Assembly (NCBI GenBank): GCA_012516115.1
Contig: JAAYXC010000076.1
Coordinates: 1 to 47,695, forward strand
Direction of reading: 5' to 3'
DNA: 47,695 nt
Source of the DNA: Bacillota bacterium
GTDB taxonomy: Bacteria > Bacillota > UBA4882 > JAAYXC01
Part shown: in pieces, positions 23,732 through 31,880 of the stretch
Position numbering within the stretch: the stretch's first letter is position 1
Layout: each line of letters begins with the position of its first letter
The notes under the pieces: model-generated
Database searches by the model: none
Told to the model about the DNA's origin: nothing
Seen by the model: the letters and a program-made list of their open reading frames with translations, nothing else
Position numbers and translations under genes: made by a program

Positions 23732-25381
23732 TTGCGCGCGGATCTGGTGGACGGGCAGCGGGTCTGGCAGATGCTCTCGGCCGGGACGACCCTGTTGCAC
23801 GAGCACAAAGAGGAGGGCGATGCCCTAAACGTCTTCCCAGTCCCCGACGGTGACACGGGCACCAATATGTATCTCACCTTCCTCGCCGCGCTGCGCGAGG
23901 CGGAGAAGGTCGCGGCCAAGTTCCATCTCGGCCGGGTGGTGGAAGCGGCCGCCCAGGGGGCCTTGATGGGGGCGAGAGGTAATTCAGGGGTTATCGTCTC
24001 GCAGCTGTTTCGCGGGTTTGCCAAAGCGGTGGCCGGTGCGGAGGGCATCGACCGTCGGGGTCTGGTCGCCGGGTTACAGGGAGCCGTGAACATGGCTTAT
24101 CAGGCCGTACGCAAGCCGGTGGAAGGGACCATTCTCACCGTGGCCCGCGAAGCGGCCAAAGCCGCCGAGGCGGCCCTCCGGCGCGGAGGCAATCTGGTGG
24201 AATTCTGGGAAGAAGTCTGTGCCCATGCCGCTCTGGCCCTGGCCAAGACACCGGAGATGCTGCCCATCCTGGCTCAGGCCGGGGTGGTCGATGCCGGCGG
24301 TAAAGGGCTGGTCGTCTTTATGGAAGGAACGCTCCGGGCGTTAAAAGGGGAAGAAGTGGTGGCGGCGGTCTCCCCCACCGGAACCATTGCCGGGGCGAGC
24401 ATTCCCGTCGCTCCGGGCGAGGACGAACCCATAGATTTGACCTATCGGTATTGTACCGAGTTCCTCCTCCGCGGCCGTAACCTCAACCCGGAACAGATCA
24501 AAGTAGACCTGGCCCCCCACGGGGACTGTCTGATGGTCGTCGGCGACGAAAAGATGGTCAAGATCCACCTCCACACCAACAACCCCGGCCTCATCCTCGA
24601 TTATGCAGTTCGCCTGGGTGAGATGAGCGAGATTCAGATCAACAACATGGTCGAGCAGAGCCAGCAACGGCTGGAGCGCCTGAAACAGGCCCGGTCCGCC
24701 GAGGCCGAAACGACTTCCGAACCGAAAGAGATCGGTATCGTGGCCGTGGCCATGGGCGACGGGCTGGCGCAGATCTTCCGCAGCCTCGGCGTAGACGAAG
24801 TGGTGGAAGGCGGCCAGACCATGAACCCGAGCGCCGAGGACCTTTTACGCAGCGTCGAGCGGGTGGCGGCCAAACAGGTTTTGATTCTCCCCAATAACGG
24901 CAATGTGATCATGACCGCCGGACAGGTAAGCGAGCTCACCGAGCTCCCGGTAGCCGTGGCTCCCAGCAAGTCCATCCCCCAGGGGATCGCCGCTCTCATG
25001 GCCTTTAATCCCTCCGCCTCGTTGGAAGAGAATCTGATGAACATGACCCGGGCCCTGGAAGAGGTCAAGACGGGCGAGGTAACCTATGCTGTGCGGGCCT
25101 CCAACCTTAACGGCCTCGCCATCAAGGAAGGGGATATCATCGGCTTGGTGGAAGACGAACTGGTGGCCGCGGGCCAAAAACCGACCGAGGTCCTCCAGCA
25201 GATCCTCGACCGGATGGTGGACAAAGAGGACGCCCTGATCTCCATTTATTACGGCCGGGATGTGGAGGAAGAAGAAGCGCGGGAGGCTCTGGCCACCCTC
25301 GTCGACCGTTTCCCCGCGGCCGAGATCGAGCTTTATTACGGTGGACAACCCCTTTATTATTATATCGTCTCCGTGGAATAA
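23732..25381 (+). CDS. DAK2 domain-containing protein (YloV-like)
   Basis: ORF 23633..25381. The TTG at 23732 lies 9 nt after GGAAAGGGGG. 'LNVFPVPDGDTGTNM' and 'GARGNSGVI' are present. Length is ~549 aa. Confidence 0.85.
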   Translation: MRADLVDGQRVWQMLSAGTTLLHEHKEEGDALNVFPVPDGDTGTNMYLTFLAALREAEKVAAKFHLGRVVEAAAQGALMGARGNSGVIVSQLFRGFAKAVAGAEGIDRRGLVAGLQGAVNMAYQAVRKPVEGTILTVAREAAKAAEAALRRGGNLVEFWEEVCAHAALALAKTPEMLPILAQAGVVDAGGKGLVVFMEGTLRALKGEEVVAAVSPTGTIAGASIPVAPGEDEPIDLTYRYCTEFLLRGRNLNPEQIKVDLAPHGDCLMVVGDEKMVKIHLHTNNPGLILDYAVRLGEMSEIQINNMVEQSQQRLERLKQARSAEAETTSEPKEIGIVAVAMGDGLAQIFRSLGVDEVVEGGQTMNPSAEDLLRSVERVAAKQVLILPNNGNVIMTAGQVSELTELPVAVAPSKSIPQGIAALMAFNPSASLEENLMNMTRALEEVKTGEVTYAVRASNLNGLAIKEGDIIGLVEDELVAAGQKPTEVLQQILDRMVDKEDALISIYYGRDVEEEEAREALATLVDRFPAAEIELYYGGQPLYYYIVSVE

Positions 25382-25608
25382 GGCTTTTGGACCTTCCATC
25401 GGGAGGCGGTGGCGCTGGCAAAAACAGAGGAAAGGCGGCCGGGGATCCCCCGCAGGCGTTCCCCCGGGACGGCCGGCGGACCCGCCACCTTCGGGGGGGA
25501 AGGCGCCCATTCCCGATCGATGAAGGGGCGCGCGGGATTCTTCGATTATGCCCGCGTCCACGATAAACGTACCGGAGAAGCTCGTTCCAAGCAGGAGGTG
25601 GGGACCAG

Positions 25609-26463
25609 GTGGCCGAGAGAATACGGATTGTGACCGACAGTACGGCCGACCTTCCCGTGGAAGTGCGTCGCACCCACCAGATCGAAGTCGTTCCACTTAA
25701 CGTGCACTTCGGCGAGGAAGTGTTGAAGGACGGGGAGGAGATCTGGGCGGAAGAATTCTACCATCGGTTGAAGACCGAGGGTACCCTGGCCAACACCTCC
25801 CAGCCCTCACCCTCCGAGTTCGTCAAGGTTTACGAACGCCTGGCCGGGGAAGCCGATCATATCTTTTCCATCCACATCTCGGAGAAGATGAGCGGGACCG
25901 TATCCTCGGCCCAACTGGCGGTAGAGATGGTCCGGGATAAAATCGGGGTGACGGGGGTCGACTCCCAGCTTGGCTCCATGGCTCTTGGTTTTACGGTCAT
26001 CGCCGCGGCCAGGGCGGCGCTGGCCGGGGGCCACCGGGGAGAGGTGCTTGCGGCGATCGAAAGGGTCCGGCAGAACCTGGAGGTCTTCTTTACCGTGGAG
26101 ACCATGGCCTATCTCAACCGGACCGGCCGCATCGGAAAGGCCACCGCTTTTCTCGGCAGCCTCCTGAACATCCGCCCCATCCTCTCGCTCGCCGAGGGAC
26201 TCATCGTGCCGGTGGAGAGGTTCCGGGGAAGCGCGGCCAAGGCCAACGTGCGGCTCCTCGAACTCCTGTCCGAGGCCATCGGGGATCAGCCGTGTAGCGT
26301 GGCCCTGGTCCATGCCGACGTGCCGGAGGAAGCGGAACGACTCAAGAGCCTTCTCCCCCGGTACGTCCGGGTCGAGGAATTATTCTATTCCCCGATCGGG
26401 CCCATCGTGGGCGCCCATGCCGGACCGGGCACGATCGGGGTTATGGCGGTGCCCCGCCTCTAG
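25609..26463 (+). CDS. DegV family fatty-acid-binding protein
   Basis: 284 aa. 'IRIVTDSTADLP' and 'TSQPSP' are present. SD AGGAGGTGG. Confidence 0.88.
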   Translation: MAERIRIVTDSTADLPVEVRRTHQIEVVPLNVHFGEEVLKDGEEIWAEEFYHRLKTEGTLANTSQPSPSEFVKVYERLAGEADHIFSIHISEKMSGTVSSAQLAVEMVRDKIGVTGVDSQLGSMALGFTVIAAARAALAGGHRGEVLAAIERVRQNLEVFFTVETMAYLNRTGRIGKATAFLGSLLNIRPILSLAEGLIVPVERFRGSAAKANVRLLELLSEAIGDQPCSVALVHADVPEEAERLKSLLPRYVRVEELFYSPIGPIVGAHAGPGTIGVMAVPRL

Positions 26464-27020
26464 TGCGTATCGTCGGCGGACTTTTTCGCGGTCGTCGTCT
26501 CCGGGGTCCGCGCCATCCCGGCCTGCGGCCTACGGCGGAAAGGGTGCGGAAGGCCGTCTTCGACATCCTGGGGCCGCGCGTGATCGGGGCCATGGTGCTC
26601 GATCTTTTCGCCGGGGCAGGTGGATTGGGGTTCGAGGCTTTAAGCCGCGGGGCCAAGCAGGTCATCTTCGTGTAGCGCGACCGACGGGCCGTAGATCTCC
26701 TCCGTCGTAACCTAAGGGAGCTGGGGTTGACGGAAGGCGGGGAAGTCCGGGTGGTGGTCGGGGATGTCAGGATGGTCTTACCCCGTCTGGCCGAGACCGA
26801 CGGCCGTTTCGACCTTGTTTTGGTCGACCCTCCTTATGAAAAGGGCCTTGCCGCCGAGACGCTGGCCCTGTTGGTCCGGGGTGGGCTTCTGACGCCGGAG
26901 GGCTTATGCGTCGTGGAACACCGGTCAACCGAGACCGTCCTTGCCCCGGAAGGGCTCGTACTGGTGGACCGGCGGGTCTATGGCGACACGGCGGTGAGTT
27001 TTTTCCGGGCCGAGGCGTAA
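26463..27020 (+). pseudogene. rsmD: 16S rRNA (guanine966-N2)-methyltransferase RsmD interrupted by one in-frame TAG
   Basis: ORFs 26463..26675 and 26727..27020 share a frame. The read-through gives '...LDLFAGAGGLGFEALSRGAKQVIFV*RDRRAVDLLRRNL...LVLVDPPYEKG'. The TAG at 26673-26675 replaces the conserved Glu of the 'FVE' motif (GAG to TAG). Confidence 0.8.
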
Positions 27021-27121
27021 CGTTCGGAACCGGCGGCGGTCACGGGTAAGACGGATTTCCCCTGGCCATCCGAGCGGGCTTTGACCCGGCAGAGAAAGGG
27101 GATAAACGGGAGTCGGAGAAG

Positions 27122-27613
27122 ATGAACCACGTGGCGATTTGCCCGGGAAGTTTCGATCCGGTGACCCTGGGCCATCTCGACATCATCGAGCGGGCGGCGG
27201 CCACTTTCAGCCGTACGGTGGTGGCGGTGCTCGACAATCCGGTAAAGAAACCCCTTTTTTCCACGGCCGAGCGTTGTGAGCTTCTGCGCAAGGCCACGGC
27301 GCATCTCCCGGGGGTCGAGGTTAAACATTTCCAGGGCCTTCTGGTGGACTTCGCCCGGGCCGAAGGAGCCAGGGTGATCATCCGGGGACTGCGCGCCCTC
27401 TCGGACTTTGAGGCCGAATTCCAGATGGCCTTGACCAACAAACACCTGGCGCCGGAGATCGAGACGATGTTTATGGTGACGCGGCCCGAATTCTCCTTTT
27501 TGAGCTCCAGCATGGTCAAGGAGCTGGTCCGTTTCGGCGGGAGCGTCGCCGGGTTCGTTACCCCGGAGGTGGAAGAAGCCTTGATGGCCAAAAGGGAGCT
27601 CTTGCAGAGGTGA
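27122..27613 (+). CDS. coaD: phosphopantetheine adenylyltransferase
   Basis: 163 aa. 'AICPGSFDPVTLGHLDII' and 'RGLRALSDFE' are present. Confidence 0.93.
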   Translation: MNHVAICPGSFDPVTLGHLDIIERAAATFSRTVVAVLDNPVKKPLFSTAERCELLRKATAHLPGVEVKHFQGLLVDFARAEGARVIIRGLRALSDFEAEFQMALTNKHLAPEIETMFMVTRPEFSFLSSSMVKELVRFGGSVAGFVTPEVEEALMAKRELLQR

Positions 27614-27619
27614 AGGGTT

Positions 27620-28069
27620 TTGGCGCGGCTTAGTGTGATGATCCTCCTCGACCGACTGGAAGAGCTCCTGGCCGGTGGGTTTCGTCTGGTCGGCCGGTCG
27701 AGGATCGACGCCGAGGCCGCGCTGGAGCTTACCCAGAAAATCCGGGCCGCGCTGCCGGACGAGATCCGGCAGGCCGAATGGTTGACCAGTGAGAAGGAAC
27801 GGCTCCTTTTCGAGGCCCAGGAAGAGGCCAAACGGATCTTGCGGGATGCGGAGAACTACGCGGCCAAGCTCGTCCAGGAGAGCCAGATCGTCCGGCGGGC
27901 CGAGCAGCAGGCCGAGGAGATCCTCGCCGAGGCCAGGCGCGAAGCGGCGGCCATCGAGGAGGAGGCGAAGAAATACGCCCGTCATCTCCTCTCCCAGCTG
28001 GAAGAGAACCTGGAAAGGGCCCTCCGAGTGGTGCGCAAGGGCCGTGAAGAACTTAACGAGGAGGAATAA
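27620..28069 (+). CDS. hypothetical coiled-coil protein (ATPase subunit b/G-like composition)
   Basis: 149 aa. It is rich in E/A/R/K heptad-like sequence ('EAQEEAKRILRDAENYAAKLVQESQ...'). The TTG at 27620 follows AGAGGTGAAGGG. The stop overlaps the cmk start (TAATG). Confidence 0.5.
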   Translation: MARLSVMILLDRLEELLAGGFRLVGRSRIDAEAALELTQKIRAALPDEIRQAEWLTSEKERLLFEAQEEAKRILRDAENYAAKLVQESQIVRRAEQQAEEILAEARREAAAIEEEAKKYARHLLSQLEENLERALRVVRKGREELNEEE

Positions 28070-28776
28070 TGCGTCGTATCTCCATTGCCATCGACGGGCC
28101 GGCGGCTTCGGGGAAGAGCACGGCCGCGCGGATGCTCGCTGAACGTTTAGGCTATATCTACATCGATACCGGGGCCATGTATCGGGCCATCGCCTTAAAG
28201 GCCCTCCGTACCGGGACACCCCTCGACGCGGTGGAGGCCCTGACGGCCCTGGCCGATCGCACCGAGCTGCGGATCCTGGGGACCCGGCCGGCCGCCGACG
28301 GGACTTCCCTCTGCCACCTGGAAATGGATGGAGAAGACGTCAGCGAGGAGATCCGGACTCCGGCGGTGACCCATGCCGTTTCGCCGGTCTCGGCCATCTC
28401 CGGGGTACGACGGGCGCTGGTCCGCCAGCAGCGGGCCATGGCCGCCGCGGGCGGAGTGGTCATGGACGGGCGGGACATCGGCACGGTGGTCCTCCCCCGG
28501 GCCGAGCTGAAGGTCTTCCTCCAGGCCGACCTGAAGGAGAGGATCCGACGGCGGCGCGCGGAGCTCGCTAACCGCGGGATCTTCTTGGACGAGGAAGAGG
28601 TTCGTCGTCAGATCGAAGAGCGTGATTATCTCGATAGCCACCGGGCCGATTCACCTTTGCGGCCGGCGCCGGACGCGGTCGTCCTGGATACGACCAGGCT
28701 CACGGTGGAAGAGGTCCTGGCCCGGCTCTTGGCCCTGGCCCGGGAGAAGGGCGCGGAGGTTCCTGATGCTCTATAG
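28069..28776 (+). CDS. cmk: cytidylate kinase
   Basis: 235 aa. 'IAIDGPAASGKST' and 'YIDTGAMYRA' are present. Confidence 0.92.
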   Translation: MRRISIAIDGPAASGKSTAARMLAERLGYIYIDTGAMYRAIALKALRTGTPLDAVEALTALADRTELRILGTRPAADGTSLCHLEMDGEDVSEEIRTPAVTHAVSPVSAISGVRRALVRQQRAMAAAGGVVMDGRDIGTVVLPRAELKVFLQADLKERIRRRRAELANRGIFLDEEEVRRQIEERDYLDSHRADSPLRPAPDAVVLDTTRLTVEEVLARLLALAREKGAEVPDAL

Positions 28777-29407
28777 GTTCCTCGGTCTTTTCGTGCGGTT
28801 CGTCCTGGCCACCCTTTACCGCTGGCGGGTGGTGGGCCGCGAACGCATCCCCCTCCGCGGCGGTTGCGTGGTGGTGGCGAACCACTGTAACTTTTTCGAT
28901 CCCATCGTTCTGGGCGCGGCCGTGCTCCCGCGCCGCATCGTCAGGTTCATGGCCAAGGCGGAGGTCTTCACCTGGCCGGTCTTGGGCCGGTTGGCCCGTT
29001 GGCTCTACGCCTTCCCGGTTCGCCGGGGTCTGCCCGACCGGCAGGCCATTACCACCGCCTTCAACGTGGTGCGGGAGGGTCACGTCCTGGGGCTCTTCCC
29101 GGAAGGCACGCGTCACCGGGACGGTCGCCTCCACGAGCTTCGGGGCGGAGCGGCCATGGTCCATCTGGCCACCGGGGCGCCGATCGTTCCGGTGGGCCTG
29201 GCCGGGACCGAGCGGTTGAAATTATTCCGTTTCCCCCGCGTGGTGGTCTGGATAGGTGAACCGCTTGTCCTGCCGGATACGGAGAAGATGTCGGAAAAGG
29301 AGGCCATCGCGGCCATCAACATCGTCATCCGGCAGGGGCTGGAGGACTGCCTGGCCCGGGCCCGGAACTTGCAGACCAAGGGGAAGCGGAGGGTCGTGGG
29401 CGCCTGA
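28766..29407 (+). CDS. plsC: 1-acyl-sn-glycerol-3-phosphate acyltransferase
   Basis: The ATG at 28766 lies inside ORF 28622..29407. 'VANHCNFFDP' (HX4D) and 'FPEGTR' are present. It overlaps the cmk 3' end by 11 nt. Confidence 0.85.
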   Translation: MLYRFLGLFVRFVLATLYRWRVVGRERIPLRGGCVVVANHCNFFDPIVLGAAVLPRRIVRFMAKAEVFTWPVLGRLARWLYAFPVRRGLPDRQAITTAFNVVREGHVLGLFPEGTRHRDGRLHELRGGAAMVHLATGAPIVPVGLAGTERLKLFRFPRVVVWIGEPLVLPDTEKMSEKEAIAAINIVIRQGLEDCLARARNLQTKGKRRVVGA

Positions 29408-30249
29408 TGGAAGTGATCGTCGCCCCGCGGGCCGGGTTTTGTTTCGGTGTCAAGCGGGCGGTGGAGATGGCCACGGCCATCGCCGCCAGAGCCGACCGGC
29501 CGGTCTATACCTTCGGCCCCCTCATCCATAACCCGGTGGTGGTCCGATCCCTGGCCGTTCAGGGGGTCGGAGTGGTGGAACGACCGGAAGAGGCCCGGGG
29601 TGGGACGCTCATCATCCGCTCCCACGGAGTGCCCCCCGGGTTCGTGGCCGAGGCCAGGCGGCTCGGGGTGGCCGTGGTCGATGCGAGCTGTCCCTTCGTC
29701 CGTCGGGCCCAGGAGCTGGCGGCGCGTCTGGCCCGTGACGGATATCAGGTGGTACTGGTGGGCGATCCTTCCCATCCGGAGGTGAAAGCCGTGGCGGCGG
29801 CCGCCGGTGGGGCACTGGTGGTACGGGAGGCCGCGGAGGTGGATCCACGGCGACTCCGGTCCCGGGTCGGACTTCTCTGTCAGACCACCCTCGCCGCCGA
29901 AGTCTTGGCCGAAGTGGTGGCCGTCGTGGCCCCCCGATGCCGGGAGCTTTTGGTTCATAATACCATTTGCACGGCTACGGCCCAGCGGCAGAAGGCCGCT
30001 CTGGCCCTGGCGCGGGAGGTGGAGGCCATGGTGGTGGTGGGCGGCCACGCGAGCGCCAACACCAGGCACCTGGCCGAACTCTGCCGTCGGATCGTTCCGA
30101 CCTACCAGGTCGAGGGGCCGGAGGAACTCCGACCGGAATGGGTGGCCGGATGCGCACGGATAGGGCTTACCGCCGGCGCTTCCACGCCGGCTGAGCAGAT
30201 CGAGGCCGTCAAGCGACGGCTCGAGGAAATGTCGCAGGAGGGGAAGTAG
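29407..30249 (+). CDS. ispH: 4-hydroxy-3-methylbut-2-enyl diphosphate reductase
   Basis: 280 aa. 'GFCFGVKRAV', 'IHNPVV' and 'VVGGHASANT' are present. The start overlaps the plsC stop. Confidence 0.92.
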   Translation: MEVIVAPRAGFCFGVKRAVEMATAIAARADRPVYTFGPLIHNPVVVRSLAVQGVGVVERPEEARGGTLIIRSHGVPPGFVAEARRLGVAVVDASCPFVRRAQELAARLARDGYQVVLVGDPSHPEVKAVAAAAGGALVVREAAEVDPRRLRSRVGLLCQTTLAAEVLAEVVAVVAPRCRELLVHNTICTATAQRQKAALALAREVEAMVVVGGHASANTRHLAELCRRIVPTYQVEGPEELRPEWVAGCARIGLTAGASTPAEQIEAVKRRLEEMSQEGK

Positions 30250-30255
30250 GGAAGC

Positions 30256-31443
30256 ATGACCGAGGAACGACAAGGTATTCTAAACGGGCAGGAGTCGGGG
30301 CACGCCGAGGAAGAGGGGCTCTTGGCCGGGACACGGACCCTAAACAGAGGTGAGATCGTAAAGGCCCGCGTGGTCCAGGTCCACGACGATCTGGCCTTCG
30401 TCGATGTGGGCTGGAAATCCGATCTCCCCATTACTAAAGAAGAACTCTCTCTACAGCCGGTGGCCTCGGCCAAAGAGGCGGTCAGAGTCGGCGAGGAGAT
30501 CGAGGTCATGGTGGTCAAGGCCGACGAAGAGGAAGGGATCATCCTCTCCAAAAGACGGGCGGACCAGGAGCGCCGCTGGCGCGAGTTGGAGGAAGCCCTG
30601 GCGCGGGGAGAACCGGTCACCGGCCGGGTGATGGAAGTGGTCAAAGGCGGCCTGGTGGTGGACGTGGGAGTGCGCGGCTTCGTCCCGGCCTCGCAGGCGG
30701 CCCTCTCTTATGTGGCGGACCTGGCCCCCTTTGTCGGCGAGACCTGGACCATGCGCCTCCTCGAGGTCGACCGGGCCAAACGCCGGGTCGTTCTCTCCCG
30801 CCGGGCCATCCTCGCCGAGGAACGGGAAAAGGCGAAGGCCGAGGCCTTTGCCCGGCTCAAAGAAGGGGATGTGGTGGAAGGCCGGGTAACGAGGCTCGTG
30901 AACTTCGGGGCCTTCGTCGACCTCGGCGCCGGGGTCGAGGGGCTTTTGCACGTCTCGGAGATCGCCTGGGAACGGGTGAAGGACCCGGCGGAACGCCTGG
31001 CGGTGGGCCAGGAGATCAAGGTTCAGGTTATCAAGGTCGACCCCGAGGCGAAGAAGATCTCCTTGAGCCTGAAAGCCCTCCACCCGCACCCCTGGACCGG
31101 GGTGGCCGAACGCTTCCCCGAGGGGAGCATCGTGCCGGGCAAGGTGGTCCGTCTGGCCCCGTTTGGCGCTTTTGTCCGCGTGGCCGAAGGGATCGCCGGT
31201 CTGGTCCATCTCTCCCAGCTCGCCGAGCGGCGGGTGGGGAAACCCGAGGAAGTGGTCTCGGTAGGGCAGGAGGTCAAGGTAAAGGTCCTCAAGGTCGACG
31301 AGGCGAACCGGCGGTTGAGCCTCTCCATGCGGGCCGTGACCGAGGAGGCGGCCAAGGAGGAAGTCAAGAGCTTCCTCGAAGGCCAAGAAGATGGAAAAGT
31401 GACCATCGCCGAGCTGGTCCGGCAGAAACAGGAGGGGTCGTAA
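30256..31443 (+). CDS. rpsA: 30S ribosomal protein S1 (four S1 domains)
   Basis: 395 aa. It has repeated S1 OB-fold units ('G..V.G.V....G..VD.G..G..P.S'). The cmk-plsC-ispH-rpsA order is conserved. Confidence 0.9.
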   Translation: MTEERQGILNGQESGHAEEEGLLAGTRTLNRGEIVKARVVQVHDDLAFVDVGWKSDLPITKEELSLQPVASAKEAVRVGEEIEVMVVKADEEEGIILSKRRADQERRWRELEEALARGEPVTGRVMEVVKGGLVVDVGVRGFVPASQAALSYVADLAPFVGETWTMRLLEVDRAKRRVVLSRRAILAEEREKAKAEAFARLKEGDVVEGRVTRLVNFGAFVDLGAGVEGLLHVSEIAWERVKDPAERLAVGQEIKVQVIKVDPEAKKISLSLKALHPHPWTGVAERFPEGSIVPGKVVRLAPFGAFVRVAEGIAGLVHLSQLAERRVGKPEEVVSVGQEVKVKVLKVDEANRRLSLSMRAVTEEAAKEEVKSFLEGQEDGKVTIAELVRQKQEGS

Positions 31444-31458
31444 GACCCCTCTTCCTGT

Positions 31459-31520
31459 ACTCACCCGCGCCCCTTTCTTCGAGTGAAGGGAGGGGGGACC
31501 GCAAGGAACGGGGGGTGAGT
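31459..31520. repeat. GGGGTGAG-type palindromic repeat (long form)
   Basis: The outer arms are ACTCACCC (31459-31466) and GGGTGAGT (31513-31520). The inner 11-bp hairpin is CCCCTTTCTTC-gagt-GAAGGGAGGGG (with two G-U pairs). It aligns with the 21337-21400 copy, sharing CTTCGA.T.AAGGGA. Confidence 0.6.
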
Positions 31521-31736
31521 GGAAAATTTGGTTCGCGGACCTCGTTTATGGCGCCGGAGACGAAGCGCGCCAGGCGAAGATGAAGCTCGTTCCCAGGATG
31601 CGGTCCAGGGGCAGAGTTTATCTGGATCTGAAGGCGGGAAAGGCTTTCCGCGAGGAGTATCGTTGAGGGAAGGGCCAATGGGGACTAACCTTCTCCTTAC
31701 TACGACTACTAAATCAAGCTCTGGGGATGGATTAAA

Positions 31737-31773
31737 TCACCAGGGGGTGGCCCGGAAGGACCGGGGGGCGAGT
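31737..31773. repeat. degenerate GGGGTGAG-type repeat
   Basis: TCACCAGGGGGTGGCCCGGAAGGACCGGGGGGCGAGT. The right arm GGGGGGCGAGT differs from GGGGGGTGAGT at one position. Confidence 0.35.
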
Positions 31774-31880
31774 TGAAACAGAATCCGTCCGTTCCAAAAG
31801 GAGCAGACATGGTAGATGTAGAAGAAAAATAGAATGAAAAATATCTCGGGCTTGGAGATTCCTGCGAGGAGAGGATCCGC

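Noticed and set aside
25382-25608. 74-aa ORF (25409..25633) and possible structured RNA in the DAK2-degV spacer
   Set aside because: The ORF has Arg/Gly/Pro-rich junk composition and no SD. I could not identify conserved RNA motifs. It is left as unexplained GC-rich spacer.
26978-28219. 413-aa minus-strand ORF across coaD, the coiled-coil ORF and the cmk 5' end (similar cases at 29113..30273, 30451..31464, 31737..33383, 36515..37249 and 37246..38007)
   Set aside because: All are antisense to motif-supported genes, lack SDs and have shadow-ORF composition.
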